From: Bacteroidales bacterium
GTDB taxonomy: Bacteria > Bacteroidota > Bacteroidia > Bacteroidales > UBA932
NCBI GenBank assembly: GCA_016288775.1
Contig: JAEELG010000128.1
Coordinates: 8,442-72,441 of the forward strand
Length of the DNA: 64,000 nt
Direction of reading: 5' to 3'
Shown: piece by piece, positions 29,493 to 38,736 of the stretch
How positions within the stretch are numbered: position 1 is the first letter of the stretch
Layout of the letters: each line of letters opens with the position of its first letter
Notes under the pieces: generated by a model
Told to the model about the DNA's origin: nothing
Databases searched by the model: none
What the model saw: the letters and a program-made list of their open reading frames with translations, nothing else
Translations under genes and position numbers: made by a program

Positions 29493-29593
29493 TCAACTCC
29501 GTCACTGATTCCCGGTGATGCTAAGCTGGAGATGTTATTAACTCACTTTTTAGGCAATAAGATGAATTATTCCTATATTTGGAGAACTATAAT

Positions 29594-30382
29594 ATGCTCA
29601 TGAGCCTTTTATATGTATTAATCTCCGGTATCGCCCTTCCTGTGGGCGGTATCCAGATGCAGTATCTGTGGCGCAACCAGCTGGGAGATGTCTATTCCCT
29701 GGGACTTGGCAGCGCCGCATGCCTCGGCGCTGCGGCTGCGACCATGTCGGGATGGTGCTCGCTTACCGTGGGCAGTTTCGTGTGTACGCTTATATGCACA
29801 ATCATCTGCTTCTTTGTTACCCTGCGCGTCAATACCCAGAGCCTGATTACCTTCGGCATTCTGTTCGGCACTTTCATCGGCTCGCTGGGAACGATAGTGG
29901 TTACGAATGCGCCCAACGGCGACCTTCTGAAGCAGTATTATCTGTGGGGCGCCGCGAATTTCAGGCTCGAAGGCGTAACGACAGGCGATATCATCTTTTC
30001 GTTGTGCCTCTTTGCCGCCGGAATGGCGGCGGCCCTCGCCGACAGCGGGCGCCTGACCAGTCATTTCCGGGGCGACATCGAACTGAGCAAACCTCACAAG
30101 GCTTTCAGCCTGCTGGCCATCATGTTCCTTGTTACCAGCGCCGTAAGCATCTGCGGCCCCATCGGGTTCATCTCACTTGGTGTGCCCAATCTCAGCCGTA
30201 TTCTCTGCAGTAAACAGGACATTCGCGTGCATTATTTGATTTCATCCGCGATGGGTGTCGTTTTGCTGCTCATCACCTATCTGGTGGTTCAATACGTCAA
30301 TTTCGGAATCTATCTGCCAATCAGCGCCACGATGGCCATCATCGCCCTGCCTCTGATGGCAATATTGTTTATCAAACGATGA
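29594..30382 (+). CDS. Divergent FecCD/BtuC-family ABC permease-like membrane protein (orphan, N-terminally short)
   Basis: MQYLWRNQLGDVYSLG resembles the FecCD motif MQxLxRNPLAdP; AVSICGPIGFISLGVPNLSR resembles GxIgFvGLivPhlaR; TATATTTG element at 29574-29581. Confidence 0.7.
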   Translation: MLMSLLYVLISGIALPVGGIQMQYLWRNQLGDVYSLGLGSAACLGAAAATMSGWCSLTVGSFVCTLICTIICFFVTLRVNTQSLITFGILFGTFIGSLGTIVVTNAPNGDLLKQYYLWGAANFRLEGVTTGDIIFSLCLFAAGMAAALADSGRLTSHFRGDIELSKPHKAFSLLAIMFLVTSAVSICGPIGFISLGVPNLSRILCSKQDIRVHYLISSAMGVVLLLITYLVVQYVNFGIYLPISATMAIIALPLMAILFIKR

Positions 30383-30939
30383 ACTGGAAAACGATCAAAG
30401 ACCGTTATGCTGCCGATGGTGATGCCAGGCAGTTGATGACCGTAGATTGTATTGGCGGGTCTGACGCCAAAGTGCGATACTATGTCAAGGAAGATGGGCG
30501 ATGGCGGATGATTGGCAGGGGGCCGGCGTTCATTGGAAAGAACGGTCTTGGAAAGGAGCGCGAGGGCGATGCAAAGACGCCCGAGGGCGAATTGCGGCCG
30601 CTCCGGGCATTCGGAATCAAGCCTGATCCCGGCAGCAAGCTGCCTTATCTGAAAGTCGTTCACGGTACTCTGGCGTGCGACGAAGAGGGACCGTATTACA
30701 ATAAGATCGTAAACGGCATCGCCGTTGGCGGCGAAAAGATGTGGGAGCTGTCTCCGGAGTATAATTATGGCATTGAAACCGATTATAACGAAGCAGGAAT
30801 CTGGCCGCTGGGCTCCGCCATCTTCATTCACTGCAAAGGAGCAAAAGTCTGGACTGGCGGCTGCGTGGCCCTGGACGAACGCCTTATGAAACTGATAATT
30901 AAGACAGCCGATAGCGGTCTTATTATCAGCATCCATTAA
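30379..30939 (+). CDS. L,D-transpeptidase (YkuD)-like protein
   Basis: IGKNG..KEREGDAKTPEG and GSAIFIH..TGGCVAL (catalytic His/Cys); ATGA-coupled to the upstream gene; no signal peptide visible. Confidence 0.85.
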   Translation: MNWKTIKDRYAADGDARQLMTVDCIGGSDAKVRYYVKEDGRWRMIGRGPAFIGKNGLGKEREGDAKTPEGELRPLRAFGIKPDPGSKLPYLKVVHGTLACDEEGPYYNKIVNGIAVGGEKMWELSPEYNYGIETDYNEAGIWPLGSAIFIHCKGAKVWTGGCVALDERLMKLIIKTADSGLIISIH

Positions 30940-30960
30940 TTGTAAGGGTGGGAGAACATC

Positions 30961-31046
30961 TCTGGAACAAATAGGCTTTATTTGTTCCGCTGAGTGCAAT
31001 TAAACAACTATCAGGGAACAAATAAGCGTGTTTTGTTCCCGGATAG
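30961..31046. repeat. GGAACAAA palindromic repeat doublet (right)
   Basis: GGAACAAA-N9-TTTGTTCC at 30964-30988 and again at 31015-31039 (51-nt period); the second copy extends to CTATC...GATAG. Confidence 0.85.
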
Positions 31047-31052
31047 TCAGCA

Positions 31053-32525
31053 TTATCCCAAATACACCTTCTGCTCCAGGAGCGCGGGACGCAGGTCGGA
31101 GTAGTCGAGCGACTTGGGGTCGGTGCCGTTGTTAAGGCACAGCGCGGCTGCGATACCGGCGGCCTGGCCTATTGCCATTGCCGGAGGCATCACGCGGATG
31201 GCGCCGGCGGCGGGGGAGTCCGCGGAAACGCAGCGGCCGGCCAGCAGCAGCCCCTCGACGTCTTTCGGCAGCAGGCAGCGGTAAGGCACGCCGTACATAT
31301 TCTTCTTTATGGGCATGTAGAGGCCTCCGGCTGGCCCTCCCATCGCTCCGTGAACGTCAATGGAATTTGCGGAGAGCAGGATGTTGTCGTCGGGAATCAC
31401 GCCGTCAATCAGGTCCTGGACCGGCAGCACGAAATCGCCCTGCACATGACGGGACTCGCGGATTCCCATGATGGAGCCGGTTCCCATCAGCGTCGCCACT
31501 TCGCAGCCGGGCACGTATTTGTGGAAGAAGTTCATGAGCTCCTCCACCTGCCTGCGGCCTTCCACTTCGGCGGCGGTGAGATTCTCGCAGTCGGTGGCGT
31601 CAACCCCGTGGATGCGGGTGCAGTTTACCACCCACTGGTCCTTCTCAACCGAGCGCCAGATGTTCACCGACTTGCGGGCGAGATCCCATTCGCCGGCGGC
31701 CTCCGCCTCGGCCACGCGCCAGTGCAGGCAGCGGTAGCTGACTCCGTTCACGCGTCGGAACTCCGGCAGATGCGGCACCACGTCGGCGATCAGGCGGTAA
31801 GTGTCTACGTTGTTGATGCGGAAGAACAGCGATGCCGGCTGCACGCGGCCGCTTTCGGGATCTCCGAAAACGCAGGGAGCGCCTGCGCGGTATGCCACGG
31901 TGCCGTCTCCGGTTGCGTCTATCACCATCCGGGCGCGTGCCGCTTCAAGGCCAGAAGGAGTGAGTAGCACCGCCCCCTGGATCTTCCGGCCTTTCATGAT
32001 AGGGGAGACGAAGTTCGCATTGAACAGAACCTTCACGCCGGCTTCGGCGCAGATGCGGTCGTAGACTTTTTTGAGTATCTCGGGGTCGAAGGGGGTACAG
32101 TGGTCGTGGCCCTCGCTGATCCAGGCGGTGAATTCCGTGCCCTGGCGTATCTTTGAAGGATGGATTGCTCCTCCCTCGGCTATCAGGCGGTCGACTATTT
32201 CCTCAAAGAGGCCGCGGATGATCATATTCTCACCGGCGGCGTCGTAGCAGGTCATGAACGGCCCTACGAGGCCCTTGGTACCCATGCCTCCAAGGCAGTT
32301 GCCGTTGTCGACGAGCAGGACCTTCACGCCCTTGCGGGCGGCGGCGACGGCTGCGCATACGCCAGAGGGGCCTCCGCCTACTACAAGCAGGTCTGACTGA
32401 TATGATTCTTTAACCGTTCCGAGGGCGCCGGCAGCTGTCTTGTCCGAGCAGGAACCGAGTACGGGCAGCGCTGCACCTGCTGCGGCCGCTGCGCCAACCT
32501 TACCCAAAAAATCTCTTCTGTTCAT
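31053..32525 (-). CDS. FAD-dependent oxidoreductase with Tat-type lipoprotein signal
   Basis: MNRRDFL twin-arginine motif, LGSC lipobox, VVGGGPSG, DATGDG, GIRESR, VPYRCLLP, GRCVS. Confidence 0.88.
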   Translation of the reverse strand: MNRRDFLGKVGAAAAAGAALPVLGSCSDKTAAGALGTVKESYQSDLLVVGGGPSGVCAAVAAARKGVKVLLVDNGNCLGGMGTKGLVGPFMTCYDAAGENMIIRGLFEEIVDRLIAEGGAIHPSKIRQGTEFTAWISEGHDHCTPFDPEILKKVYDRICAEAGVKVLFNANFVSPIMKGRKIQGAVLLTPSGLEAARARMVIDATGDGTVAYRAGAPCVFGDPESGRVQPASLFFRINNVDTYRLIADVVPHLPEFRRVNGVSYRCLHWRVAEAEAAGEWDLARKSVNIWRSVEKDQWVVNCTRIHGVDATDCENLTAAEVEGRRQVEELMNFFHKYVPGCEVATLMGTGSIMGIRESRHVQGDFVLPVQDLIDGVIPDDNILLSANSIDVHGAMGGPAGGLYMPIKKNMYGVPYRCLLPKDVEGLLLAGRCVSADSPAAGAIRVMPPAMAIGQAAGIAAALCLNNGTDPKSLDYSDLRPALLEQKVYLG

Positions 32526-32566
32526 ATAAATGAAGTTAGTTTTGCTAAGATACGCAAATTATCCGG

Positions 32567-33832
32567 TTATTTCACGCTTGCCTTGGGAATATCGCTCCAG
32601 AGCGTGGTATAATGTGGCGACTGATGCTCCCGCGACATCTTGATGCGGCCGTCGCCCTGTACCCCGAAAAGTATGGCTCCGCGTCCGTATGTGCGGTTTA
32701 TGGCATCGATGCTTTCCGACAGGCGGGCATCCCGGCTGTCGGATTCCGGGTCGGCGAAAATCGACCCCACATGGTCGCATGCCTGAATCAGTTTGGTAAT
32801 GACCACGCCGGCCTTTTTGTATCCGTATCCGGCACCCCAGAGTTCCCGGGCGGCTTTGACTGCGGCGCTTACAATGGCCCTGTGGTCATCGGTGGCGTCG
32901 GGAAAGACCACCAGGCGGGAGCCGAAGGTCTGTGGCGAATTCTCCTTGAACCTGTTTGTGAAAGCGAAGACAGCCATCTCCAGCGCCATCGACTGCTGGT
33001 AGCGCAATTTCTGAACGGCGGATTCGGCGAAGTTCGCCACCTGCTCGCTCAGCAGCTCCGGATCCGTGATTTCCTTTGCGAAACTCCTTGACACGCATAT
33101 GCTCTGCTTGGGCTCTATCATGTCTTCGAACTCTATGCAGGGCGTACCGCGCAGTTCCGTCCAGGTGCGCCAGCCAGGCAGGGCGAACTGCTTCCGCACG
33201 GCGTTTTCGGGCAGCATGGCATAATCCCATGCGGTACGTATGTTCATGGCTTCCAGCTTTTTGACGCTTTTCCGGCCTATGCCCCACACGTCTGCCACAG
33301 GGAACTTGCGGAGCACCTTTTCTATGTCCTGCGGCCTGTGCATATAGCATCCGCCCCGCAATTTGGGATACTGCTTGCAGAGCTTGGAAGCGATTTTGGC
33401 CAGGGTTTTCGACGGTGCGATCCCCACCGACACCGGAATTCCAGTACAGCGGCGGCAGGTGGCGGAGATGCTCTTGGCGAACGCGTCGGGATCGTTGATG
33501 TGCATCCCCCGAAGGTCCAGGAATGCCTCGTCAATCGAATACTGTTCCACCGACGGAGCGAATCCGTGCAGCACTTCCTGCACCCGGTGAGACATGTCGC
33601 CGTACAGGGCGAAGTTGGAACTGAATACCGCCACGCCGTATCTTTCAACTATGTGCCGTATCTTGAAATACGGATCGCCCATCTTGATGCCGAGAGCCTT
33701 GGCCTCGTTGGAGCGCGCCACCGCGCAGCCGTCGTTGTTCGACAGCACGATGACGGGCTTCCCGTTCAGGTCCGGACGGAAAACCCTTTCGCAAGAGGCG
33801 AAAAAATTGTTGCAGTCGGCGAGGGCGAACAT
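32567..33832 (-). CDS. umuC: Y-family DNA polymerase V catalytic subunit
   Basis: DCNNFFASCE, VLSNNDGC, YSIDEAF, C-terminal SPHYTT.WSD. Confidence 0.95.
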   Translation of the reverse strand: MFALADCNNFFASCERVFRPDLNGKPVIVLSNNDGCAVARSNEAKALGIKMGDPYFKIRHIVERYGVAVFSSNFALYGDMSHRVQEVLHGFAPSVEQYSIDEAFLDLRGMHINDPDAFAKSISATCRRCTGIPVSVGIAPSKTLAKIASKLCKQYPKLRGGCYMHRPQDIEKVLRKFPVADVWGIGRKSVKKLEAMNIRTAWDYAMLPENAVRKQFALPGWRTWTELRGTPCIEFEDMIEPKQSICVSRSFAKEITDPELLSEQVANFAESAVQKLRYQQSMALEMAVFAFTNRFKENSPQTFGSRLVVFPDATDDHRAIVSAAVKAARELWGAGYGYKKAGVVITKLIQACDHVGSIFADPESDSRDARLSESIDAINRTYGRGAILFGVQGDGRIKMSREHQSPHYTTLWSDIPKASVK

Positions 33833-33835
33833 GGC

Positions 33836-34255
33836 TCAGGCCTTCTTGACCACCCATGTGACGACGCCCCAGATCAGGAAATCGTCATCGGGGCCCACCG
33901 GGATTGGTCTGTATTTGCCGTTGTTTTCGTTGCAGGGCAGCAGGGTGGCACCGCCGGGAGTTATCTGCACGCGCTTAACGGTGTATTCGCCGTCGATGAA
34001 GCACACGGCCTTGCAGCCGTCGTATGGATCCACGGCGCGGTCCACTATTATTATGTCGCCTTCGTCCATGCCGGCGTCCACCATCGACACCCCGTCGATG
34101 CGGAAGAAAAAGGTGGAGGCTCCATGCTTCACCAGGAGTTTGGTGAGGTCGAGTTTCTCGCGTATGTCTTCCGAAGGAGAGGGGAAGCCTGCTTTGACTC
34201 CGCCCAGCATCAACGCCTCCAGCGGGTCGTTCTCTTCTATCTTATGAGGTTCCAT
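33836..34255 (-). CDS. umuD: DNA polymerase V accessory subunit (S24 autopeptidase)
   Basis: AGFPSP cleavage site, GVSM catalytic Ser, TVKR catalytic Lys, WGVVT; ATG at 34255. Confidence 0.92.
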   Translation of the reverse strand: MEPHKIEENDPLEALMLGGVKAGFPSPSEDIREKLDLTKLLVKHGASTFFFRIDGVSMVDAGMDEGDIIIVDRAVDPYDGCKAVCFIDGEYTVKRVQITPGGATLLPCNENNGKYRPIPVGPDDDFLIWGVVTWVVKKA

Positions 34256-34306
34256 TAAGCTTGCTCTTTCTGCCGCTAAATTACGAATTTTAATTATATT
34301 TGCCAT

Positions 34307-35518
34307 ATGAAGAAACTGTTGATCATAGCTGCCGCGCTGGCTCTCTGCTCCTGCGTGCAGCGTCCCGACGGCCTCCGGCACGTCAGCCCCTGGAAAGCCG
34401 GAATGAATCCCGACAAACTGGTCCGCGTGGATTCCGTAATCCTGAAGTCGATTGCCGAAAGCAACATCCCCGGCGCGGTGCTGGCGGTGGTGCGCGGCGA
34501 CAAGATAGTTTACCTGAAGGCCTATGGCAACAAACAGGTTGTCCCCGATACCGTTGCAATGACGGTGAACACCGTGTTCGACATGGCTTCGGTATCGAAG
34601 TGCGTGGGCACGACGCTCTCGTTCATGACCCTGGTCGAGCGTGGCCAGGTGTTGCTTGACGACGACGTCAAGCGGTATATTCCAGAGTTCGCGCCCTGGA
34701 CGGATCCGGCCACCGGCGAGAAGGTCGACATCACCGTGCGAGACCTGATGACCCACAGTTCCGGACTCCCTCCGTACCTGAACGTGAAGGCGGTTGCGGA
34801 GCGTTTCGGCGAGCCCTGCCCGGATTCCACCATGCACTACATAGCCGCCGAACTGCCGCGGCGCTTCCGCCCCGGAACCGATATAACCTACAGTTGCCTG
34901 AACTTCGTCACTCTGCAGAACATACTCCAGCGGGTCACCGGCGAGCGCCTCTGCGACTACGCACAGCGCGAGGTGTTCGATGTGCTCGGACTCAAACACA
35001 CCTGCTATCTGCCCACGGAGCGCCCCGACGTGCTGCCTCTCGTGGCTCCCACCGAGGTGCAGGAGAACGGACTGCCGCTGCTCGGCGAGGTCCACGACCC
35101 TCTTGCCCGCAGGCTTAACGGCGGCAATTCCGGCAACGCCGGAGTTTTCTCCAACGCCGAAGACCTTGCCGTAATTTCGGCCGCCCTGATGAACGGGGGA
35201 GAGATCAACGGCCGCCGTGTGCTCGCGCCGCTTACGGTTCGCACCATGGCAACTGTTCCGGCAGACAACGCAGCCCATATCGGACGTGCCCTGGGATGGG
35301 ACGTGCGCAGTTCCTCGTCGGGAATCAAGGGCGACATGCTGAGTCGTGACGCGGCGCTCTGCCACACCGGCTACACTGGTACCTCGGTTGTCATCGACCT
35401 GGATTCGAAAACGGCAGTCATATTGCTGACCAACCGCTGCCATCCTACGGACAGCGGCGCGCTCTACAGAGTGCGCGCCGCCGTTGCCAATATAGTCGCA
35501 GGCTCTATTGAAGACTGA
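34307..35518 (+). CDS. Serine hydrolase, beta-lactamase/PBP-like lipoprotein
   Basis: Lipobox LCSC, SVSK (SxxK), LMTHSSGL, YSC, GNAGVFS, HTGYTG. Confidence 0.9.
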   Translation: MKKLLIIAAALALCSCVQRPDGLRHVSPWKAGMNPDKLVRVDSVILKSIAESNIPGAVLAVVRGDKIVYLKAYGNKQVVPDTVAMTVNTVFDMASVSKCVGTTLSFMTLVERGQVLLDDDVKRYIPEFAPWTDPATGEKVDITVRDLMTHSSGLPPYLNVKAVAERFGEPCPDSTMHYIAAELPRRFRPGTDITYSCLNFVTLQNILQRVTGERLCDYAQREVFDVLGLKHTCYLPTERPDVLPLVAPTEVQENGLPLLGEVHDPLARRLNGGNSGNAGVFSNAEDLAVISAALMNGGEINGRRVLAPLTVRTMATVPADNAAHIGRALGWDVRSSSSGIKGDMLSRDAALCHTGYTGTSVVIDLDSKTAVILLTNRCHPTDSGALYRVRAAVANIVAGSIED

Positions 35519-38152
35519 TTATTCCTGCGCCACGTGTATGTCGCACTGCGGGAACGGAATGGTAATCCCGGCCTTGTTCAGTGCGTCGTAGATGACCTCC
35601 TTGGCCCTGTCCACGTAGCCGATTCTCTCCGCTACAAGGATATACTGTTTGACCGCGATGTTCACTGAACTGTCGCCGAAGCCGTCGAATACCACATAGA
35701 CGCCTCTCTTCGGGTCGACGACCTCGCGGCCGTAGTTGTCCTTGGTGCGCATTTCCTGCATGGCGTCCACGAGCACCTGCCGTACGTGTTCAACGTCGGT
35801 TCCGTAGCTCACGCCCACGACGATCTTCACGAATTCGTAGGCGTTGTTGCGGGTAAGGTTGCTGAAATTATTGCTGAACAGGGTGGCGTTCAGGAATGAT
35901 ATCACAGCTCCGTCGATGGTTTCGATCTGGGTGCTCTGGTAACTGATGCTGGTCACCTTTCCGCGCACTCCGTCGCACTCGATCCAGTCTCCGACCTTGA
36001 CGCGTCCGGACATCAGCTGGATACCGTAAATGAAGTTGTTCAGCACGTCCTTTAATGCGATACCGATACCGGCGGAGAGACCTCCGGCGATGATCGTGAG
36101 CGACGATGTAGGTATTCGGAGCATCACTATCACTGTAATGATGTAGACGAACCACACGAGGGTGCCGATGATACTCTTGCCGAGCGAGAAGTTGATCTCG
36201 TCCTTGCGAACCGTCTTGCGCCCGTGCTGTTTAAGGTAGGCTGCATAACGGACGTTCTGGAATACCGAGTATACCGCGTAGTTGATGTAGCGGAAGACGA
36301 AGAACAGCGCGACGGCGACCACTATGCTGCGGAAAGACAGCCTAAGGATGGGAGAGCCGTCAGCGCTTGCCAGATTGACGAAAGGAGTCTTGAATATGGT
36401 GTCAAAGAGGTCCGTGAAGTCGAATACTCCAAGCGACTGCCTTATGCAGAAAGGCAGGGACATCAGAGCCAGAACCGGGATGAGCACATCCTTGACAAGG
36501 TCGTAGAACCAGGTGGCGCCGAACAGGAGATTGTCGCGCTCGGCAACGCTCACGAACGTAAGTGTCTTCTTGTACTCTTCGATGTGTCGGGTAAGGAACT
36601 TTTCCTTGAACAGGTCGAGGAGGTGGGCGATGGTAATGAGGGTAAGGATCACTGCCATCTCGAAGAACCACCAGATCATGATGAGCAGGCCGAAGTAGAT
36701 GTATCCGATAAAGGATACTATCAGGGCGGCAAGGATCACTGTCAGCGACATCCATCCCATCAGACGGTCAATGCCTGAAATACCCGCTTTTGCGCGCAGG
36801 CATGCAACCAGCTGCCATATAAGGAACAGCAAAAGGATAGGAGGGAAGATGACGTTCATCATCGCGTTCGGCATGAACACGATGCGCAGGCTGATGACCA
36901 CGACCGCCATTATCATCATGGGCAGGTAAATCCTCATACTACCTTTGAGCTTGTCCGGCTTGAGGCGGATAAGCAGGGAAGCCACGACGGCGCCAAGCAG
37001 CCAGAGGTATGTACCTATGAGGCTGTCCGCGGAATCCATGAACGACGACGAGTCGGTGTTGGACCTGAGCGTAAGAAGACCGTTGATTACGATGGCTATG
37101 AGCAGTATGATGCTGAAATGCTGTTCTTTGGGAATAGCTTTCCGAAGTGGCTTGATGAACCGGACGAGCAGCTTGAATACTACTGCCACAATCAGCGTCA
37201 GGATGCACAATACCAGGAACTGGAGCACAACGAATACCAGCAACGCCGGGCCGGTCCACAGCGACAGGTGCTCGTCTGAATCGTCTTCCCGGTTATCGTC
37301 GCCGAAACGGTATTTCTCCCGTATGTCCAATGCGGCGCGCTTCCAGTAGCGGCCGAATCCCTTGAGTATCTTGTAATAAGGCGTTTGCCCGACTACGAAG
37401 ATACGGTTCTGGAGGGCCTGGTACCGGTCGCGGGCGTAATCGTACGATTCCTTCAGGCGAAGGAAAGTGCGCTGATAGTGCGTACTGTCCCGGATGATGC
37501 GTTCCTTGTTGGCGGCACTCATCTTGAGCAATTCGGCAGCATAGAAGATGCAGGAGTCACGGTCGATCGATTCCTCGCCTTCAAGCAGGAACGGGCGGTC
37601 GGCGCCGAGGGAATCCAGCATCCTTCCGGTAATCTGACGGCGGGGGAGGGAGCCAGTACGTATCCGTGCATTAAGGACCGCAAGGCTGTCGTTGTGGTAT
37701 GCCAGGCTGTCCGGAACAATGTCTACCGACTCGATCTCGGGGGGAATCCTGCGGAGCGACTCCACCAGTCGGGCATAACGGTCTATATCCCAGTCGAGGC
37801 GGTTTAAGATCTGGTCGTAGGGGAGCCTGTTGGACTTGTAGTCGTTGTACTCCTTCGTGACCGACTCGAGTGCATATGTGAGGTCGAATGTGTAGTCCTG
37901 TTTCTGGGAGTACAGCATCAGCGACAACTCGTTGCACTTCTTCATGGTCGAGATCATCTCGCGCCTCTGGCTCCTGTACTGCTCGGAGAAGTTCTTTTCC
38001 GAGGCAAGGCGCTTCTGGTAGTCGCGGCTTAGCTCTACCCGGAGAGCATGGATGGTGTGGCCCAGGTCGCGTTCGCCGAACACTGCGAGCGCAGGGGCGG
38101 CGACGAAGAGGGCGGCAAGGATTATCAATCCCCGCTTTCTGTTGATATTCAT
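35519..38152 (-). CDS. Mechanosensitive channel MscS family with large periplasmic N-terminus
   Basis: GLSAGIGIALKD..NNF, GDWIE, VGVSYGTD, FGDSSVN, IPFPQ. Confidence 0.9.
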   Translation of the reverse strand: MNINRKRGLIILAALFVAAPALAVFGERDLGHTIHALRVELSRDYQKRLASEKNFSEQYRSQRREMISTMKKCNELSLMLYSQKQDYTFDLTYALESVTKEYNDYKSNRLPYDQILNRLDWDIDRYARLVESLRRIPPEIESVDIVPDSLAYHNDSLAVLNARIRTGSLPRRQITGRMLDSLGADRPFLLEGEESIDRDSCIFYAAELLKMSAANKERIIRDSTHYQRTFLRLKESYDYARDRYQALQNRIFVVGQTPYYKILKGFGRYWKRAALDIREKYRFGDDNREDDSDEHLSLWTGPALLVFVVLQFLVLCILTLIVAVVFKLLVRFIKPLRKAIPKEQHFSIILLIAIVINGLLTLRSNTDSSSFMDSADSLIGTYLWLLGAVVASLLIRLKPDKLKGSMRIYLPMMIMAVVVISLRIVFMPNAMMNVIFPPILLLFLIWQLVACLRAKAGISGIDRLMGWMSLTVILAALIVSFIGYIYFGLLIMIWWFFEMAVILTLITIAHLLDLFKEKFLTRHIEEYKKTLTFVSVAERDNLLFGATWFYDLVKDVLIPVLALMSLPFCIRQSLGVFDFTDLFDTIFKTPFVNLASADGSPILRLSFRSIVVAVALFFVFRYINYAVYSVFQNVRYAAYLKQHGRKTVRKDEINFSLGKSIIGTLVWFVYIITVIVMLRIPTSSLTIIAGGLSAGIGIALKDVLNNFIYGIQLMSGRVKVGDWIECDGVRGKVTSISYQSTQIETIDGAVISFLNATLFSNNFSNLTRNNAYEFVKIVVGVSYGTDVEHVRQVLVDAMQEMRTKDNYGREVVDPKRGVYVVFDGFGDSSVNIAVKQYILVAERIGYVDRAKEVIYDALNKAGITIPFPQCDIHVAQE

Positions 38153-38718
38153 AAGATTCTGGCTACTTCTTCGGTAAGTGTGGCGGATCCCGCCTTGTCT
38201 TCATATATTATGGCTGCCTGGCCGTTGCTTACAATCACAGGACGGATGGACAGCGTAATGGTGCCGGCGGGGGAGCTGTACGTGGAGAGCCACTTGCACA
38301 GGCCCATGTTCAGGTGACTGAGCTCACAGTTGTCGCCCTCCCTGAAAGGAGCCTCGAAGCGCTCCAGGCGCTTGGGCTTGCCGAATTTTGCCGTCAGGGC
38401 GTTCTGCAGAACGGTGTAGTCACCCTTGCAGGTGCGCCAGTCGCCGCGTACAGGGAAGGAGGCATCCACCCTGTAGACGGTCTGTGTTTCCGGAGTGAAT
38501 CTCACCAGCAGGGTGCAGTCCTTGCCGGCGATGGGGCCCTTCAGAAGAACGCCGTCCGGATTCTCTCCGTGAACGACGAAGCCTTCTACCGTCAGCTTCT
38601 CGACGAACTCGTCGACGGGCCCGCCCAGCGGAATGTTCATGAAAGCAATATGGTCCTGCGATTTGCAGGGAGTCGCAAGCAGCAATGCGACAGCCATGGT
38701 TATCAGTGTCCGTATCAT
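38149..38718 (-). CDS. Secreted hypothetical protein
   Basis: Signal peptide followed by HIAFMNIPLGG; overlaps the mscS start; TATATTTG 6 nt before ATG. Confidence 0.7.
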   Translation of the reverse strand: MIRTLITMAVALLLATPCKSQDHIAFMNIPLGGPVDEFVEKLTVEGFVVHGENPDGVLLKGPIAGKDCTLLVRFTPETQTVYRVDASFPVRGDWRTCKGDYTVLQNALTAKFGKPKRLERFEAPFREGDNCELSHLNMGLCKWLSTYSSPAGTITLSIRPVIVSNGQAAIIYEDKAGSATLTEEVARIL

Positions 38719-38736
38719 AATATACAAATATAAGAA

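Noticed and set aside
29425-31046. CRISPR array or integron attC sites
   Set aside because: Only two units per side with non-identical sequence, no cas or integrase gene, and no clear attC core-site ends.
33836-35443. 535-aa ORF appearing as a giant UmuD fusion
   Set aside because: The N-terminal part is the antisense of the serine hydrolase; UmuD similarity starts near ATG 34255.
34307-35518. Beta-lactamase resistance gene
   Set aside because: The motifs fit the broad serine-hydrolase/esterase group; resistance cannot be inferred from sequence.
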